The notes beneath the pieces were generated by a model. The model was given only the letters and a program-made list of their open reading frames with translations, made no database searches and was not told the DNA's origin. From Flavobacteriales bacterium (GTDB taxonomy: Bacteria; Bacteroidota; Bacteroidia; Palsa-965): a DNA stretch of 64,000 nucleotides. Below, one piece after another: positions 19,232 through 28,533 of the stretch. The position numbers and the translations under genes are program-made. The stretch covers positions 194,272 to 258,271 of the forward strand of contig JBEIPA010000002.1 in NCBI GenBank assembly GCA_040377305.1, given 5' to 3'. Position 1 is the stretch's first letter; the number at the start of each line of letters is the position of its first letter.

Positions 19232-21121
19232 CTACAACCGATTCTTCACAATTTCCTCCACCACAGTTGGATCCAATAGGGTTGAAGTATCGCCCAAATT
19301 ACTGATTTCTCCTTCAGCAACCTTACGTAAAATTCTACGCATAATTTTTCCGGAGCGGGTTTTCGGAAGTCCGCTCACAATCTGAATCTTATCAGGCTTG
19401 GCAATTGCACCAATAATTGCAGTCACTTTCGCGAGAATTCCTTCACGCAGTGTCTTTTCATCTTCCACTTTTCCTGTCGCAATTACATACGCGTAAATTC
19501 CCTGCCCTTTAATATCGTGTGGATAAGCCACGACCGCACTTTCTACAATATCCAGATGCTCGTTGATGGCACTCTCCACTTCAGCTGTACCAATGCGGTG
19601 GCCGGAAACGTTCATGACATCATCTACACGACCTGTGATTCTGTAATTCCCTTGCAAATCGCGACGACAACCATCGCCCGTGAAATACAAATTGTGGTAG
19701 GTAGCGAAATAGGTTGTGCGGCACCGTTCGTGATCGCCATACGTTGTGCGGATGATAGAAGGCCATGGAAATTTAATGCAGAGATTGCCTTCCACTCCAT
19801 TGCCTGTGATTTCATTTCCCTTCTCATCCACAAGAATTGGTTGTATTCCCGGAAGAGGAAGCGTTGCAAATCCGGGAAGCGTTTTTGTAATTCCCGCTAA
19901 CGGAGAAATCAAAATTCCACCTGTTTCAGTCTGCCACCACGTATCAACAATCGGACATTTTTCTTTGCCGATGTTTTTGTGATACCACTCCCATGCTTCC
20001 ACGTTAATGGGCTCACCAACCGATCCGAGTACACGCAAAGAATCGAGCTTGTAGGGTTTTACAAAATCCAATCCGGCAGCTTCAAGTGCGCGAATGGCAG
20101 TAGGTGCAGTATAGAAAATATTCACCTGGTGCTTGTCGATGACCTGCCAGAATCTTCCCGCGTCAGGAAATGTTGGTATGCCTTCAAATATCAATGAAGT
20201 TGCGCCAGACAACAACGGACCATAAACGATATACGAATGACCGGTTACCCAACCAATGTCGGCAGTACACCAGAACAAGTCACCCTCGTTGTACTGAAAT
20301 ACATTCTGAAAAGTGTACGCAGTATAGACCATGTATCCGCCGCACGTATGCACAACTCCTTTCGGTTTTCCGGTCGAACCAGAAGTGTAGAGTATGAACA
20401 ACATATCTTCTGCGTCCATTTCTTCAGCCGGGCAATCGGCAGAAACAGATTTCATTTCTTCGTGCCACCAGGTGTCGAGCCCGGGTTTCATCACTACATT
20501 ATCTCCGGTTCTTCTGAGTGTGATCACGTGTTGCACTGTCGGACATTGTTCAATGGCTTCATCAACGATTCGTTTGATCGGGATTGATTTCGCACCGCGA
20601 TAAGCACCGTCGCTGGTCACAACTACCGAACATTTGCAATCCCTGATTCGGTCTACAAGCGATGATGCAGAGAACCCTGCAAATACAACAGTGTGAATTG
20701 CACCAATGCGCGCGCAAGCTAAAGCGGCAACTGCAAGTTCCGGCACCATTGGCATATAGAGACAAATCCGATCGCCTTTCTTTACGCCTTTTGACTTGAG
20801 CACGTTTCCAAACCGGCAAACATCCGCATGTAGTTCGCGATATGTAATCTTCCGCGATGCCTCATTCGGATCATTCGCTTCCCAATGAAACGCAACCTGC
20901 TCACCTCGTGTTGCAAGATGTCGGTCCAGGCAATTTTCTGTGATGTTCATCTTTCCGTTCACGAACCATTCGATTTTCGGTTCAGTGAAATTCCATTCGA
21001 GAACTTTATCCCATTTCTTCCTCCATTGAAAACTGGTTGCAACATCCGCCCAGAATCCTTCGGGATCACTCACGCTTTTTGCATAAGCCTTGCTATACTC
21101 TTCCAAATTTTTTATCCGCAT
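19232..21121 (-). CDS. acs: Acetyl-CoA synthetase
   Basis: YTSGSTGKPKG, CTADIGWVTGHSY, DTWWQTETGG and PKTRSGKIMRR motifs. Confidence 0.96.
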   Translation of the reverse strand: MRIKNLEEYSKAYAKSVSDPEGFWADVATSFQWRKKWDKVLEWNFTEPKIEWFVNGKMNITENCLDRHLATRGEQVAFHWEANDPNEASRKITYRELHADVCRFGNVLKSKGVKKGDRICLYMPMVPELAVAALACARIGAIHTVVFAGFSASSLVDRIRDCKCSVVVTSDGAYRGAKSIPIKRIVDEAIEQCPTVQHVITLRRTGDNVVMKPGLDTWWHEEMKSVSADCPAEEMDAEDMLFILYTSGSTGKPKGVVHTCGGYMVYTAYTFQNVFQYNEGDLFWCTADIGWVTGHSYIVYGPLLSGATSLIFEGIPTFPDAGRFWQVIDKHQVNIFYTAPTAIRALEAAGLDFVKPYKLDSLRVLGSVGEPINVEAWEWYHKNIGKEKCPIVDTWWQTETGGILISPLAGITKTLPGFATLPLPGIQPILVDEKGNEITGNGVEGNLCIKFPWPSIIRTTYGDHERCRTTYFATYHNLYFTGDGCRRDLQGNYRITGRVDDVMNVSGHRIGTAEVESAINEHLDIVESAVVAYPHDIKGQGIYAYVIATGKVEDEKTLREGILAKVTAIIGAIAKPDKIQIVSGLPKTRSGKIMRRILRKVAEGEISNLGDTSTLLDPTVVEEIVKNRL

Positions 21122-21199
21122 AATTCCGATTACTTACCTCTAAAATTAGTTGGTTTCGTGGTGAAAACAAATGGTTAAATTGGCAACATAAATCTCTAT

Positions 21200-21730
21200 A
21201 TGAAAAATACAATTCTTGCCACAGCATTTGCAGCTATAGTGTTGTCATCCTGCGGATCACCGAACAACGAACCCAGGATTGTTATCGACTCAGTTGTTGA
21301 GAAGAGAGAAACCATTGATCTTCTTTCAAATGAAAAACCGGAGTTTGACTCTGCATTAGCTGCGGCGACCGGGGCGGATGAATATGGAATGAAGCAATAT
21401 GTAATCGCCTATCTTAAGCGTGGTCCAAATCGGGATCAGGATTCTGCGACAGCCGCTGAGTTACAGAAAAAGCACCTCGAGAATATTGTGCGTATGGCAG
21501 ATGAAGGAACTTTAGTGGTTGCGGGTCCGTTCATGGACGATACCGAGGTACGGGGGATTTACATTTTCAACGTTGCTACAATTGAAGAAGCAAAGAAACT
21601 TACTGAATCTGATCCCGCAATTCAGGCAGGACGACTTGAAATGGAATTACATCCGTGGTATGGCAGTGCAGCACTCCTATTTGTGAACAACCTACATCAT
21701 CGTCTTGAAAAAACCAGTGTTGCAGAATAA
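21200..21730 (+). CDS. YciI family lipoprotein
   Basis: LSSC lipobox; HL..I..M...G.LVVAGPF and DPAIQAGRL motifs. Confidence 0.8.
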   Translation: MKNTILATAFAAIVLSSCGSPNNEPRIVIDSVVEKRETIDLLSNEKPEFDSALAAATGADEYGMKQYVIAYLKRGPNRDQDSATAAELQKKHLENIVRMADEGTLVVAGPFMDDTEVRGIYIFNVATIEEAKKLTESDPAIQAGRLEMELHPWYGSAALLFVNNLHHRLEKTSVAE

Positions 21731-21817
21731 ACTGAACACGTAAGAAGTTCACTATCCGCAGTCGCGGGCCTATTGGCTTTGAGGTAATTTTACACACAAA
21801 CCTAAAACCAATCCTGC

Positions 21818-22744
21818 ATGATGAAACTCTACTCAACAATTGTTTGTTTTCTGATTCTTTCTTTCTCTGCAAAAGCTCAAGGCTATTGGCAGCAATACTT
21901 CGATGGCGATGATACTGTAGGATCACCCCTTGCTTTGATTGTTGAAATAGATACGGCTGGCGGAAACGTGTGGCAGGTCGGACCGCCTCAGAAAACCATT
22001 TTCAACGCACCAGCAACTGTGCCCAATGTCATTGTAACAGATACAATCAATGCGTATCCGGCGAATGACACTTCATCGTTTTACTTCGAAGTTCCTGTTT
22101 GGATAAACTGGGGAATCTTCGCTGTTCAATGGAAACAGAAGCTTGATCTCGATTCCGCAATGGATGTGGGAACACTTTCCTATTCCGGAGATGGTGGAGC
22201 TACCTGGACTGAAGTATTTGGCGATCCTGCGCTCTACAACTTCTACGGTTTTCAGCCAACGAATGTAGATACAGTTCAGAACGGTATGACTGGATTTACC
22301 GGCACCGATACAACCTGGAGAGACATCTGGTTGTGTTATCAGATGTCGTGGTTACAGCAGTTTTCGGTGAATGACACCATCACATTCCGCTTTACAATCA
22401 CTTCAGATTCATTGAACAATCAAAGTGAAGGCTGGATGATTGACAACCTGATGTGCCACCTTACCATGACACACACTGCGAAAGGTGAACAAAGAGATGC
22501 TTATCAGAAAGTGTTTCCTTCCGTAACAACCGGTGTTGTAAACATTGAGACCATGGCATTGACGGAATATCATATCATCGAAAACATGCAGCTCATTGAT
22601 GGAGCCGGACGCGTGGTGAGAGAATGGAAAAATGTTCCAACGCGTTATTGGATAGACATTGCTGATCAGCCTAATGGCAATTACACATTGAGAATTCAAA
22701 CGAACAAACAGGTGAATACTTTTCCTGTTATTCTTCAGCACTAA
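21818..22744 (+). CDS. Trp-rich T9SS-secreted protein
   Basis: Signal peptide; beta-sandwich with EGWMIDN; C-terminal VFPSVTTG...GNYTLRIQT...VILQH CTD-like segment. Confidence 0.75.
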   Translation: MMKLYSTIVCFLILSFSAKAQGYWQQYFDGDDTVGSPLALIVEIDTAGGNVWQVGPPQKTIFNAPATVPNVIVTDTINAYPANDTSSFYFEVPVWINWGIFAVQWKQKLDLDSAMDVGTLSYSGDGGATWTEVFGDPALYNFYGFQPTNVDTVQNGMTGFTGTDTTWRDIWLCYQMSWLQQFSVNDTITFRFTITSDSLNNQSEGWMIDNLMCHLTMTHTAKGEQRDAYQKVFPSVTTGVVNIETMALTEYHIIENMQLIDGAGRVVREWKNVPTRYWIDIADQPNGNYTLRIQTNKQVNTFPVILQH

Positions 22745-23815
22745 ATGCGTCGCACTTTTGCAGCCATAGCGTGTATCATTCTGATTACAGGAGTGCTTTC
22801 CGGATTCAAAGAAGAACCAGGAAGCACTCCTTATGTTTTTCCGAAGCTGATCTTCTTCCCCCAGATGCCGGTGAGTGTAGAAAATCCGGTAACGGTTGAA
22901 GGTGCAGAATTGGGTCGCTATCTTTTTTACGATCCCATCCTGAGCGACGATAGTACCATGTCGTGCGGAAGCTGTCACAAGCAGGAGTTTGCTTTCAGTG
23001 ATGCGCCCAATGCGTTTAGTAAAGGTCACGATGGAAAGTTAACCGCGCGCAACACGATGCCCCTGTTCAATCTCGCATGGTGTAAAGAATATTTCTGGGA
23101 TGGGCGCGCATCGTCCATAGAAAATCAAATCTTCGAACCGGTTCGTTCACACGATGAAATGAATCTATCGTGGGATCAGGCTGCGGCTCGCATTAACCGG
23201 AATGATTTTTACAAAAGTAAATTCCGGCTTGCATTTGGTGAACAGTCAATCGACAGTGTGCTGATTTCAAAAGCCATTGCACAATTTCTACGCACGATGA
23301 TTTCTGCCACGTCGCGTTACGACAGCCTCGGAATGAGCCTCATCACATTCACAAAAGATGAAGCTGATGGTTATGTGCTCATGAACGACATGACGAAAGG
23401 AGATTGTTTGCATTGCCACACAACAGATGCCGATGCTCTCGGAACCACGAACAATTTTTCTAACAATGGTCTCGATGCATTTACCGATGCGCATCAATGC
23501 AAAGACATTGGTCGCGGAAAAGTGAGTGGTGCGTTGAGAGATTACGGACGGTTTCGCATTCCATCATTGAGAAACATTGCGCTAACTGCACCTTATATGC
23601 ACGACGGGCGATTCAAAACGCTGGAAGAAGTTCTCGATTTTTACAGTGAAGGCGTGAAGATGAACGCAACAATTGATTCGAAGATCGGTTCAGCGCCACA
23701 TGGTGGTGTTCATCTGACTCCGGAAGAAAAAAGAAAAGTAATTGTGTTTCTGAACACGTTAACCGATCATGCATTTGTGAGTGATCCGAAATTTGCAAAT
23801 CCAACGCGCAAGTAA
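22745..23815 (+). CDS. Diheme cytochrome c peroxidase superfamily protein (MauG/MbnH-like)
   Basis: Two CxxCH motifs (CGSCH, CLHCH), plus LGRYLFYDPILS, FWDGRA, PSLRNIALTAPYMHDG and LEEVLDFY. Confidence 0.88.
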   Translation: MRRTFAAIACIILITGVLSGFKEEPGSTPYVFPKLIFFPQMPVSVENPVTVEGAELGRYLFYDPILSDDSTMSCGSCHKQEFAFSDAPNAFSKGHDGKLTARNTMPLFNLAWCKEYFWDGRASSIENQIFEPVRSHDEMNLSWDQAAARINRNDFYKSKFRLAFGEQSIDSVLISKAIAQFLRTMISATSRYDSLGMSLITFTKDEADGYVLMNDMTKGDCLHCHTTDADALGTTNNFSNNGLDAFTDAHQCKDIGRGKVSGALRDYGRFRIPSLRNIALTAPYMHDGRFKTLEEVLDFYSEGVKMNATIDSKIGSAPHGGVHLTPEEKRKVIVFLNTLTDHAFVSDPKFANPTRK

Positions 23816-25057
23816 TTACTGTGGATCGTAGCCGTGGATAATAATTCCGCCGGCAATAATTTCCTTCATCTGTGCAATACCCTGTACTTCGCGATGACGG
23901 CCATATTCCCAGAATGTAAAACGATCGTTGGCGGTATCGAATTCTTCGACTGTAATCCAGTGCGTTCCCCAATACAAATGCTCCAAACCGCGTGGTGCAA
24001 CATATTCTGAATCAGCACCTGAAATTGTATCCAGTACGCTGCTGTTTACCAAAAGAAACACGCGCTTACCGGTTGAAGTATCGGCAGCGGCTTTAAATTT
24101 CTCGAACTGGTGATCAGTGATGCCGCGAATATTATTTCCAACTTTCTCGGCATCGAATCCCATGTTACGGAACAGACGCAGTTGTGGATTAATCGCAGTT
24201 GCAGACCACAATCCATTCTCGTGATGCAAGTCGGGATCGTATGGCGTTAATGTGAACGGAAACGTTCGATATGCCGAAGTAAGTGTGAGATAGAAAACCA
24301 TGTCCATCCCTGTTGGCATTTCTTCGTTCTTGAATCTTACTTTCTGGTTCGGATCCCACTGAATTTTATTCTCGTTCACTGCGACAATCACTTCCGGAGG
24401 CGTTACGAATTCTGCACCATTCCAGATAGCGCGACCTGTGTAGTACAGATCTGTCATGAATCGTTTGTACTCGGAAGAATCCTGTTGAATCCACAAGCGA
24501 GCCAAAGCCGTCTTCCCGCAAAAACTAGTCGAGTGCGATTGAAATAAACTGTCGCCACGATTCTTAAGATTCATGCGCAACTGTGATCGAAACGCTGAAC
24601 TTGAAATGGATGTAAAAACCGTCGAGTTAGAATCAACAACGCCCATGGCTGAATTCAGATGCCGGGTGACTTTGTGCATCTCTCGCTCAGGAAGAAAAGA
24701 ATAGTTCTGTGTAAACCCACGCACCGTCATGCGCATAGAATCGAGCAACACAGGAATATCTCTCGCGGGTGTTTTCACAACCACATTTACAATCATTTTA
24801 TTGCGCTCGTCGGCATCAGCAACATACGGCCAAACGGTATCCGCAACAGCTTCGGAACGGGCAGAATCAAGAATGGACCTTCTTTCATCGATGGACAGCT
24901 TTCGAAGTTTTTTTACCCGCTTTGCCTTCCAGTAAATAGCGTATGGGTCACGAATAGCTTCCGAATCTGTACCATTCAGCGCTTGTGCAGGCAATTGAAT
25001 TCCACTTACTGCAAATAACAGTAAAAACAGGGTAAAGGAAATTCGCCATGAGATCAT
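23816..25057 (-). CDS. Hypothetical secreted protein, possible papain-like fold
   Basis: Signal peptide; FCGKTALA helix and THWITV strand. Confidence 0.7.
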   Translation of the reverse strand: MISWRISFTLFLLLFAVSGIQLPAQALNGTDSEAIRDPYAIYWKAKRVKKLRKLSIDERRSILDSARSEAVADTVWPYVADADERNKMIVNVVVKTPARDIPVLLDSMRMTVRGFTQNYSFLPEREMHKVTRHLNSAMGVVDSNSTVFTSISSSAFRSQLRMNLKNRGDSLFQSHSTSFCGKTALARLWIQQDSSEYKRFMTDLYYTGRAIWNGAEFVTPPEVIVAVNENKIQWDPNQKVRFKNEEMPTGMDMVFYLTLTSAYRTFPFTLTPYDPDLHHENGLWSATAINPQLRLFRNMGFDAEKVGNNIRGITDHQFEKFKAAADTSTGKRVFLLVNSSVLDTISGADSEYVAPRGLEHLYWGTHWITVEEFDTANDRFTFWEYGRHREVQGIAQMKEIIAGGIIIHGYDPQ

Positions 25058-25143
25058 CGTACAGAACTATAGACGGTAGTTGTACGAAAAGCGTGCCGGA
25101 TGTATTCTTAAAAAGTCTTAAGAAAATAGGACCATATCAACAA

Positions 25144-25314
25144 CTACTCCACCTTCGGCTCATCCTTCTTCGCTACCTGAATTATCCCAACAATCAGGAG
25201 AATCACACCAGTAGCCGTATTTAACGTAGGACCAATCATCAGGGAAATTACAAGAATGATCACCGAACAAACGATCAGTACTATGCCGAGGATTTTTCGG
25301 GTCTGCGGTTTCAT
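25144..25314 (-). CDS. Small two-TM membrane protein
   Basis: ATG 25314 begins 1 nt after the regulator stop; two hydrophobic helices. Confidence 0.65.
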   Translation of the reverse strand: MKPQTRKILGIVLIVCSVIILVISLMIGPTLNTATGVILLIVGIIQVAKKDEPKVE

Positions 25315-25315
25315 C

Positions 25316-26476
25316 CTAGTCCTTGCGTGTCGCGTATGCAATCACATCCTTATCCGTGATCACCTTCTCTCCAAGAATAATCAAACGCTCGATCACGTTA
25401 CGGAACTCACGAATGTTTCCGGTCCAGTTGATCTTCTGTAATTCCTTGATCGCTTCTTTGGAAATCGTTTTCAGGTTGCCGCTTTCTTCACCAATCATCT
25501 TCAGGAAGTGCTCCGCAAGCACAGGAATATCTTCCTTACGATCGTTCAGTGAAGGAACGTGGATCAGAATTACACTCAAGCGGTGATATAAATCTTCGCG
25601 GAATTCTCCTTTGTGTATTTCACGCTTGAGATCTTTGTTAGTCGCCGCAAGTACGCGTACGTTCACTTTGATCTCTTTGTCGCCACCAACGCGGGTAATT
25701 TTATTTTCCTGCAACGCACGCAATACTTTAGCCTGTGCAGAAAGGGACATATCGCCAATCTCATCCAGGAAAATTGTTCCGCCTTCTGCAAGTTCGAATT
25801 TGCCCTTACGCTGTGCGACTGCAGATGTGAACGCACCTTTTTCGTGCCCGAACAATTCCGATTCGATAAGCTCAGATGGAATTGCAGCGCAGTTCACTTC
25901 TATAAGCGGCGCTCCTGCTCTACCCGACTTCTCGTGCAACCAGCGTGCAACTAATTCTTTGCCGGTTCCGTTTTCACCTGTGATAAGAACACGTGCATCT
26001 GTCGGAGCAACTTTCTCAATCATTTCTTTGATCTGAGAAATCGCCGGAGAATCGCCGATCATATCAAATGTCTTGCTGATTTTCTTTTTCAGCGAGCGCG
26101 TTTCACCAATAAGTTTTGATTTATCGAGGGCATTGCGGATCGTCACCAGCAAACGGTTAAGATCAAGCGGCTTCTGAATAAAATCATAAGCGCCCTTCTT
26201 CACGGCTTCAACTGCGGTTTCGATGTTTCCGTGACCGGAGATCATAACAACAGGAGCATCGATCGCAGCTTCCATGAGCTTATCGAGCGCTTCCATGCCA
26301 TCCATCTTTGGCATTTTGATGTCGCAAAGAATGATGTCGAACTTTTCCTTCTGGGCCATAGTAAGGCCTTCAAGTCCGTCCTGGGCTTCCTCCACTTTGA
26401 AGTTTTCGTATTCGAGAATTTCACGAAGTGTGCGACGAATACTTTTTTCGTCGTCGATGATTAGAATTCGAGGCAT
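25316..26476 (-). CDS. Sigma-54-dependent response regulator (NtrC/NtrX-like; receiver + AAA+, no HTH)
   Basis: ILIIDDE/DIKMP receiver; GENGTGKE, ESELFGHEKGAFTSA, FLDEIGD, FREDLYHRL and WTGNIRE motifs. Confidence 0.92.
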   Translation of the reverse strand: MPRILIIDDEKSIRRTLREILEYENFKVEEAQDGLEGLTMAQKEKFDIILCDIKMPKMDGMEALDKLMEAAIDAPVVMISGHGNIETAVEAVKKGAYDFIQKPLDLNRLLVTIRNALDKSKLIGETRSLKKKISKTFDMIGDSPAISQIKEMIEKVAPTDARVLITGENGTGKELVARWLHEKSGRAGAPLIEVNCAAIPSELIESELFGHEKGAFTSAVAQRKGKFELAEGGTIFLDEIGDMSLSAQAKVLRALQENKITRVGGDKEIKVNVRVLAATNKDLKREIHKGEFREDLYHRLSVILIHVPSLNDRKEDIPVLAEHFLKMIGEESGNLKTISKEAIKELQKINWTGNIREFRNVIERLIILGEKVITDKDVIAYATRKD

Positions 26477-26975
26477 ATTCGATTAGCTGATTTCCGATTT
26501 CCCTGCCCGACTGCGTCATTCAGGCGGGCGATTAGCTGATGCTGATCAGGGTAAAAATACGAATTCCCCTCAGTTTCCGGTTCCCTGTTCCTGTTTGCAG
26601 TTGGTAAAAACTCGCTTATACTTGAAATTACATCGCGATTTCGAACATTCGAAGCATTAACCGGGACGGGAACTGGGAACTGGGAACCGATTCCACTTAT
26701 CAGCCAACCTTTCCTTCTGTCCCGCGTTCACATTTCGTTAAGAATTTCTTTAACAAAGTCATCCGGTTGAAAGCCGAATTCAAATTACAAATGGCACCGC
26801 TCGTGTAAAACATCACGGCATGCTGAATTGCACTTCTCACCTTTGTCTCGCTACGTGTGATGAGAAGCACGAAGAATAATAATTGGGGGGATTACTTCCG
26901 GGACGGGAAACTGAGGGATAGATACGGATTGGTCAAGGTGTTGAGGTGTTAAACCGTATTTATTGTTTCCCGTCC

Positions 26976-27025
26976 TTACTTTTACCGCGGCAGCGCAGCG
27001 TAAGCTGCGACGCGGAGAAAAGTAA
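26976..27025. terminator. GC-rich hairpin immediately 3' of ppx
   Basis: TTACTTTT-ACCGCG..CGCAGC-GTAA-GCTGCG..CGCGG-AAAAGTAA. Confidence 0.55.
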
Positions 27026-27028
27026 AGT

Positions 27029-27961
27029 TCAACCTGATTTCTTACTGAGAAACTCTTGCAAAACACCTTCTTTCAGTGCGTACGATGACATGCGCATGTG
27101 TTCGATTCCGAGATCACGGATGATGAAGTCCACCAGAATTGCTGAGATGACTATCATGTCGACACGCATAGCAACGAGACCTTTGATGTGTAATCGTTGT
27201 TCCCGTGTAGAAGACAGAAGTTGTTTGTGAATGACAGCGGCTTGTCCGAGATCAAAGACGAATTCAGTTCCTTCGAAAACTTCATCGGCGTAATAACGGG
27301 CGAGAATCATTTCTGCAAGTGAATCGAACGAACCGGAAGCTCCGATTAATTCGTGTACAGGAAATTCTGCCACGGCATCGCGTAATGTGCCCAATGCAAA
27401 TTCAAGAAACTTCGTGATCTCTGCGATCTCATCTTGTGTTATCGGATCAGAAGGTTTGAATCGCTGCAGCAAACGTGAAGCACCAATTTCAAAACTCTGT
27501 TTCCAGACACAGCCTGTGTTGTTGGCGATGATGAACTCTGTGCTTCCGCCACCGATGTCAATGATGAGTGAATTCTGCTCTTTGAATTCAAGCGCTTGCC
27601 TCACTCCTTCATAAATGTACTGTGCTTCCTGATCTCCTGAGATGATGTTGATCTTAATTCCACAACGCTGAAACACATCGTCCGCAAATTGTTGACCGTT
27701 CCCCGCATTACGCATAGCGGATGTTGCAAATGCCAACTTCTTATCTACCCGCCACTGCTTGATTGCTTCTGCATACGTGTCCATCGCTTCAATTCCGCGC
27801 ATGTATGCCTCCGGTGCGATAGTGCCACTGTTGATTCCGCCTTCTCCCAACCGAACAGGTAGCTTCTCGTTGTAGATCGTCACAAAACCCTCTTCCGATT
27901 TTGCTTCCGCAATCAGAAGATTGAAAGTGTTTGTTCCGAGATCTATAACTGCGACGCGCAT
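27029..27961 (-). CDS. ppx: Ppx/GppA exopolyphosphatase
   Basis: AVIDLGTNTF, ATSAMRNA, ISGDQEA, DIGGGSTE and ALKEG motifs. Confidence 0.92.
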   Translation of the reverse strand: MRVAVIDLGTNTFNLLIAEAKSEEGFVTIYNEKLPVRLGEGGINSGTIAPEAYMRGIEAMDTYAEAIKQWRVDKKLAFATSAMRNAGNGQQFADDVFQRCGIKINIISGDQEAQYIYEGVRQALEFKEQNSLIIDIGGGSTEFIIANNTGCVWKQSFEIGASRLLQRFKPSDPITQDEIAEITKFLEFALGTLRDAVAEFPVHELIGASGSFDSLAEMILARYYADEVFEGTEFVFDLGQAAVIHKQLLSSTREQRLHIKGLVAMRVDMIVISAILVDFIIRDLGIEHMRMSSYALKEGVLQEFLSKKSG

Positions 27962-27962
27962 C

Positions 27963-28523
27963 TTATTGTCGTTTCATTTCCTGGTTGCATGGATTGCAGA
28001 TGAAATGTATTGTAACATCCGGAGTCCTGAAGTCAGGTTTAATTTTCACCTGACACAAAACCTGATTCAGCCACAAGCTGCATTTCGGATCGAATCCTGT
28101 GGAAAGTCCGGAACTAATATCTTTTGTCAGAAAGACATCGTACTTGCCTTCTTCCATCTTAGTGGAAACAATTCCGTTGGCGTCTGTCGTGAGAAAATAC
28201 TCCGTTCCGCTAAAGTGATTTTTGAATTTCAGCGTTGACGAAGTAAGCAATTTTGGGGTCGCCTTTTCCGCTATCATTTCTTCGGAAGGCCTCGCACCAC
28301 CACAGTAATTAGAAGTATACAACACTTTCAGCTGAACCGGAAACTCCACTAAAGGCGTAGTCTCAGCAGGCATCTCTACAACCGGAGTAATTGAATCGGG
28401 AACAATGGCAACAGTGTCAGCAATCGGAGAATCGACCGCCACCGAATCAGTTTTTGCTTCTGTGGATTCACTGCAGGAAATCATCCACACAGAAATCACA
28501 GCGAGAATGAATACCTTTTGCAT
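27963..28523 (-). CDS. Hypothetical lipoprotein
   Basis: MISC lipobox, a low-complexity linker and a YCGGARP domain. Confidence 0.75.
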   Translation of the reverse strand: MQKVFILAVISVWMISCSESTEAKTDSVAVDSPIADTVAIVPDSITPVVEMPAETTPLVEFPVQLKVLYTSNYCGGARPSEEMIAEKATPKLLTSSTLKFKNHFSGTEYFLTTDANGIVSTKMEEGKYDVFLTKDISSGLSTGFDPKCSLWLNQVLCQVKIKPDFRTPDVTIHFICNPCNQEMKRQ

Positions 28524-28533
28524 GTGAATAGAT

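Noticed and set aside
26817-26832. GGCATGCTGAATTGC as a sigma-54 promoter
   Set aside because: The GG-to-GC spacing is 11 nt rather than the required 10.
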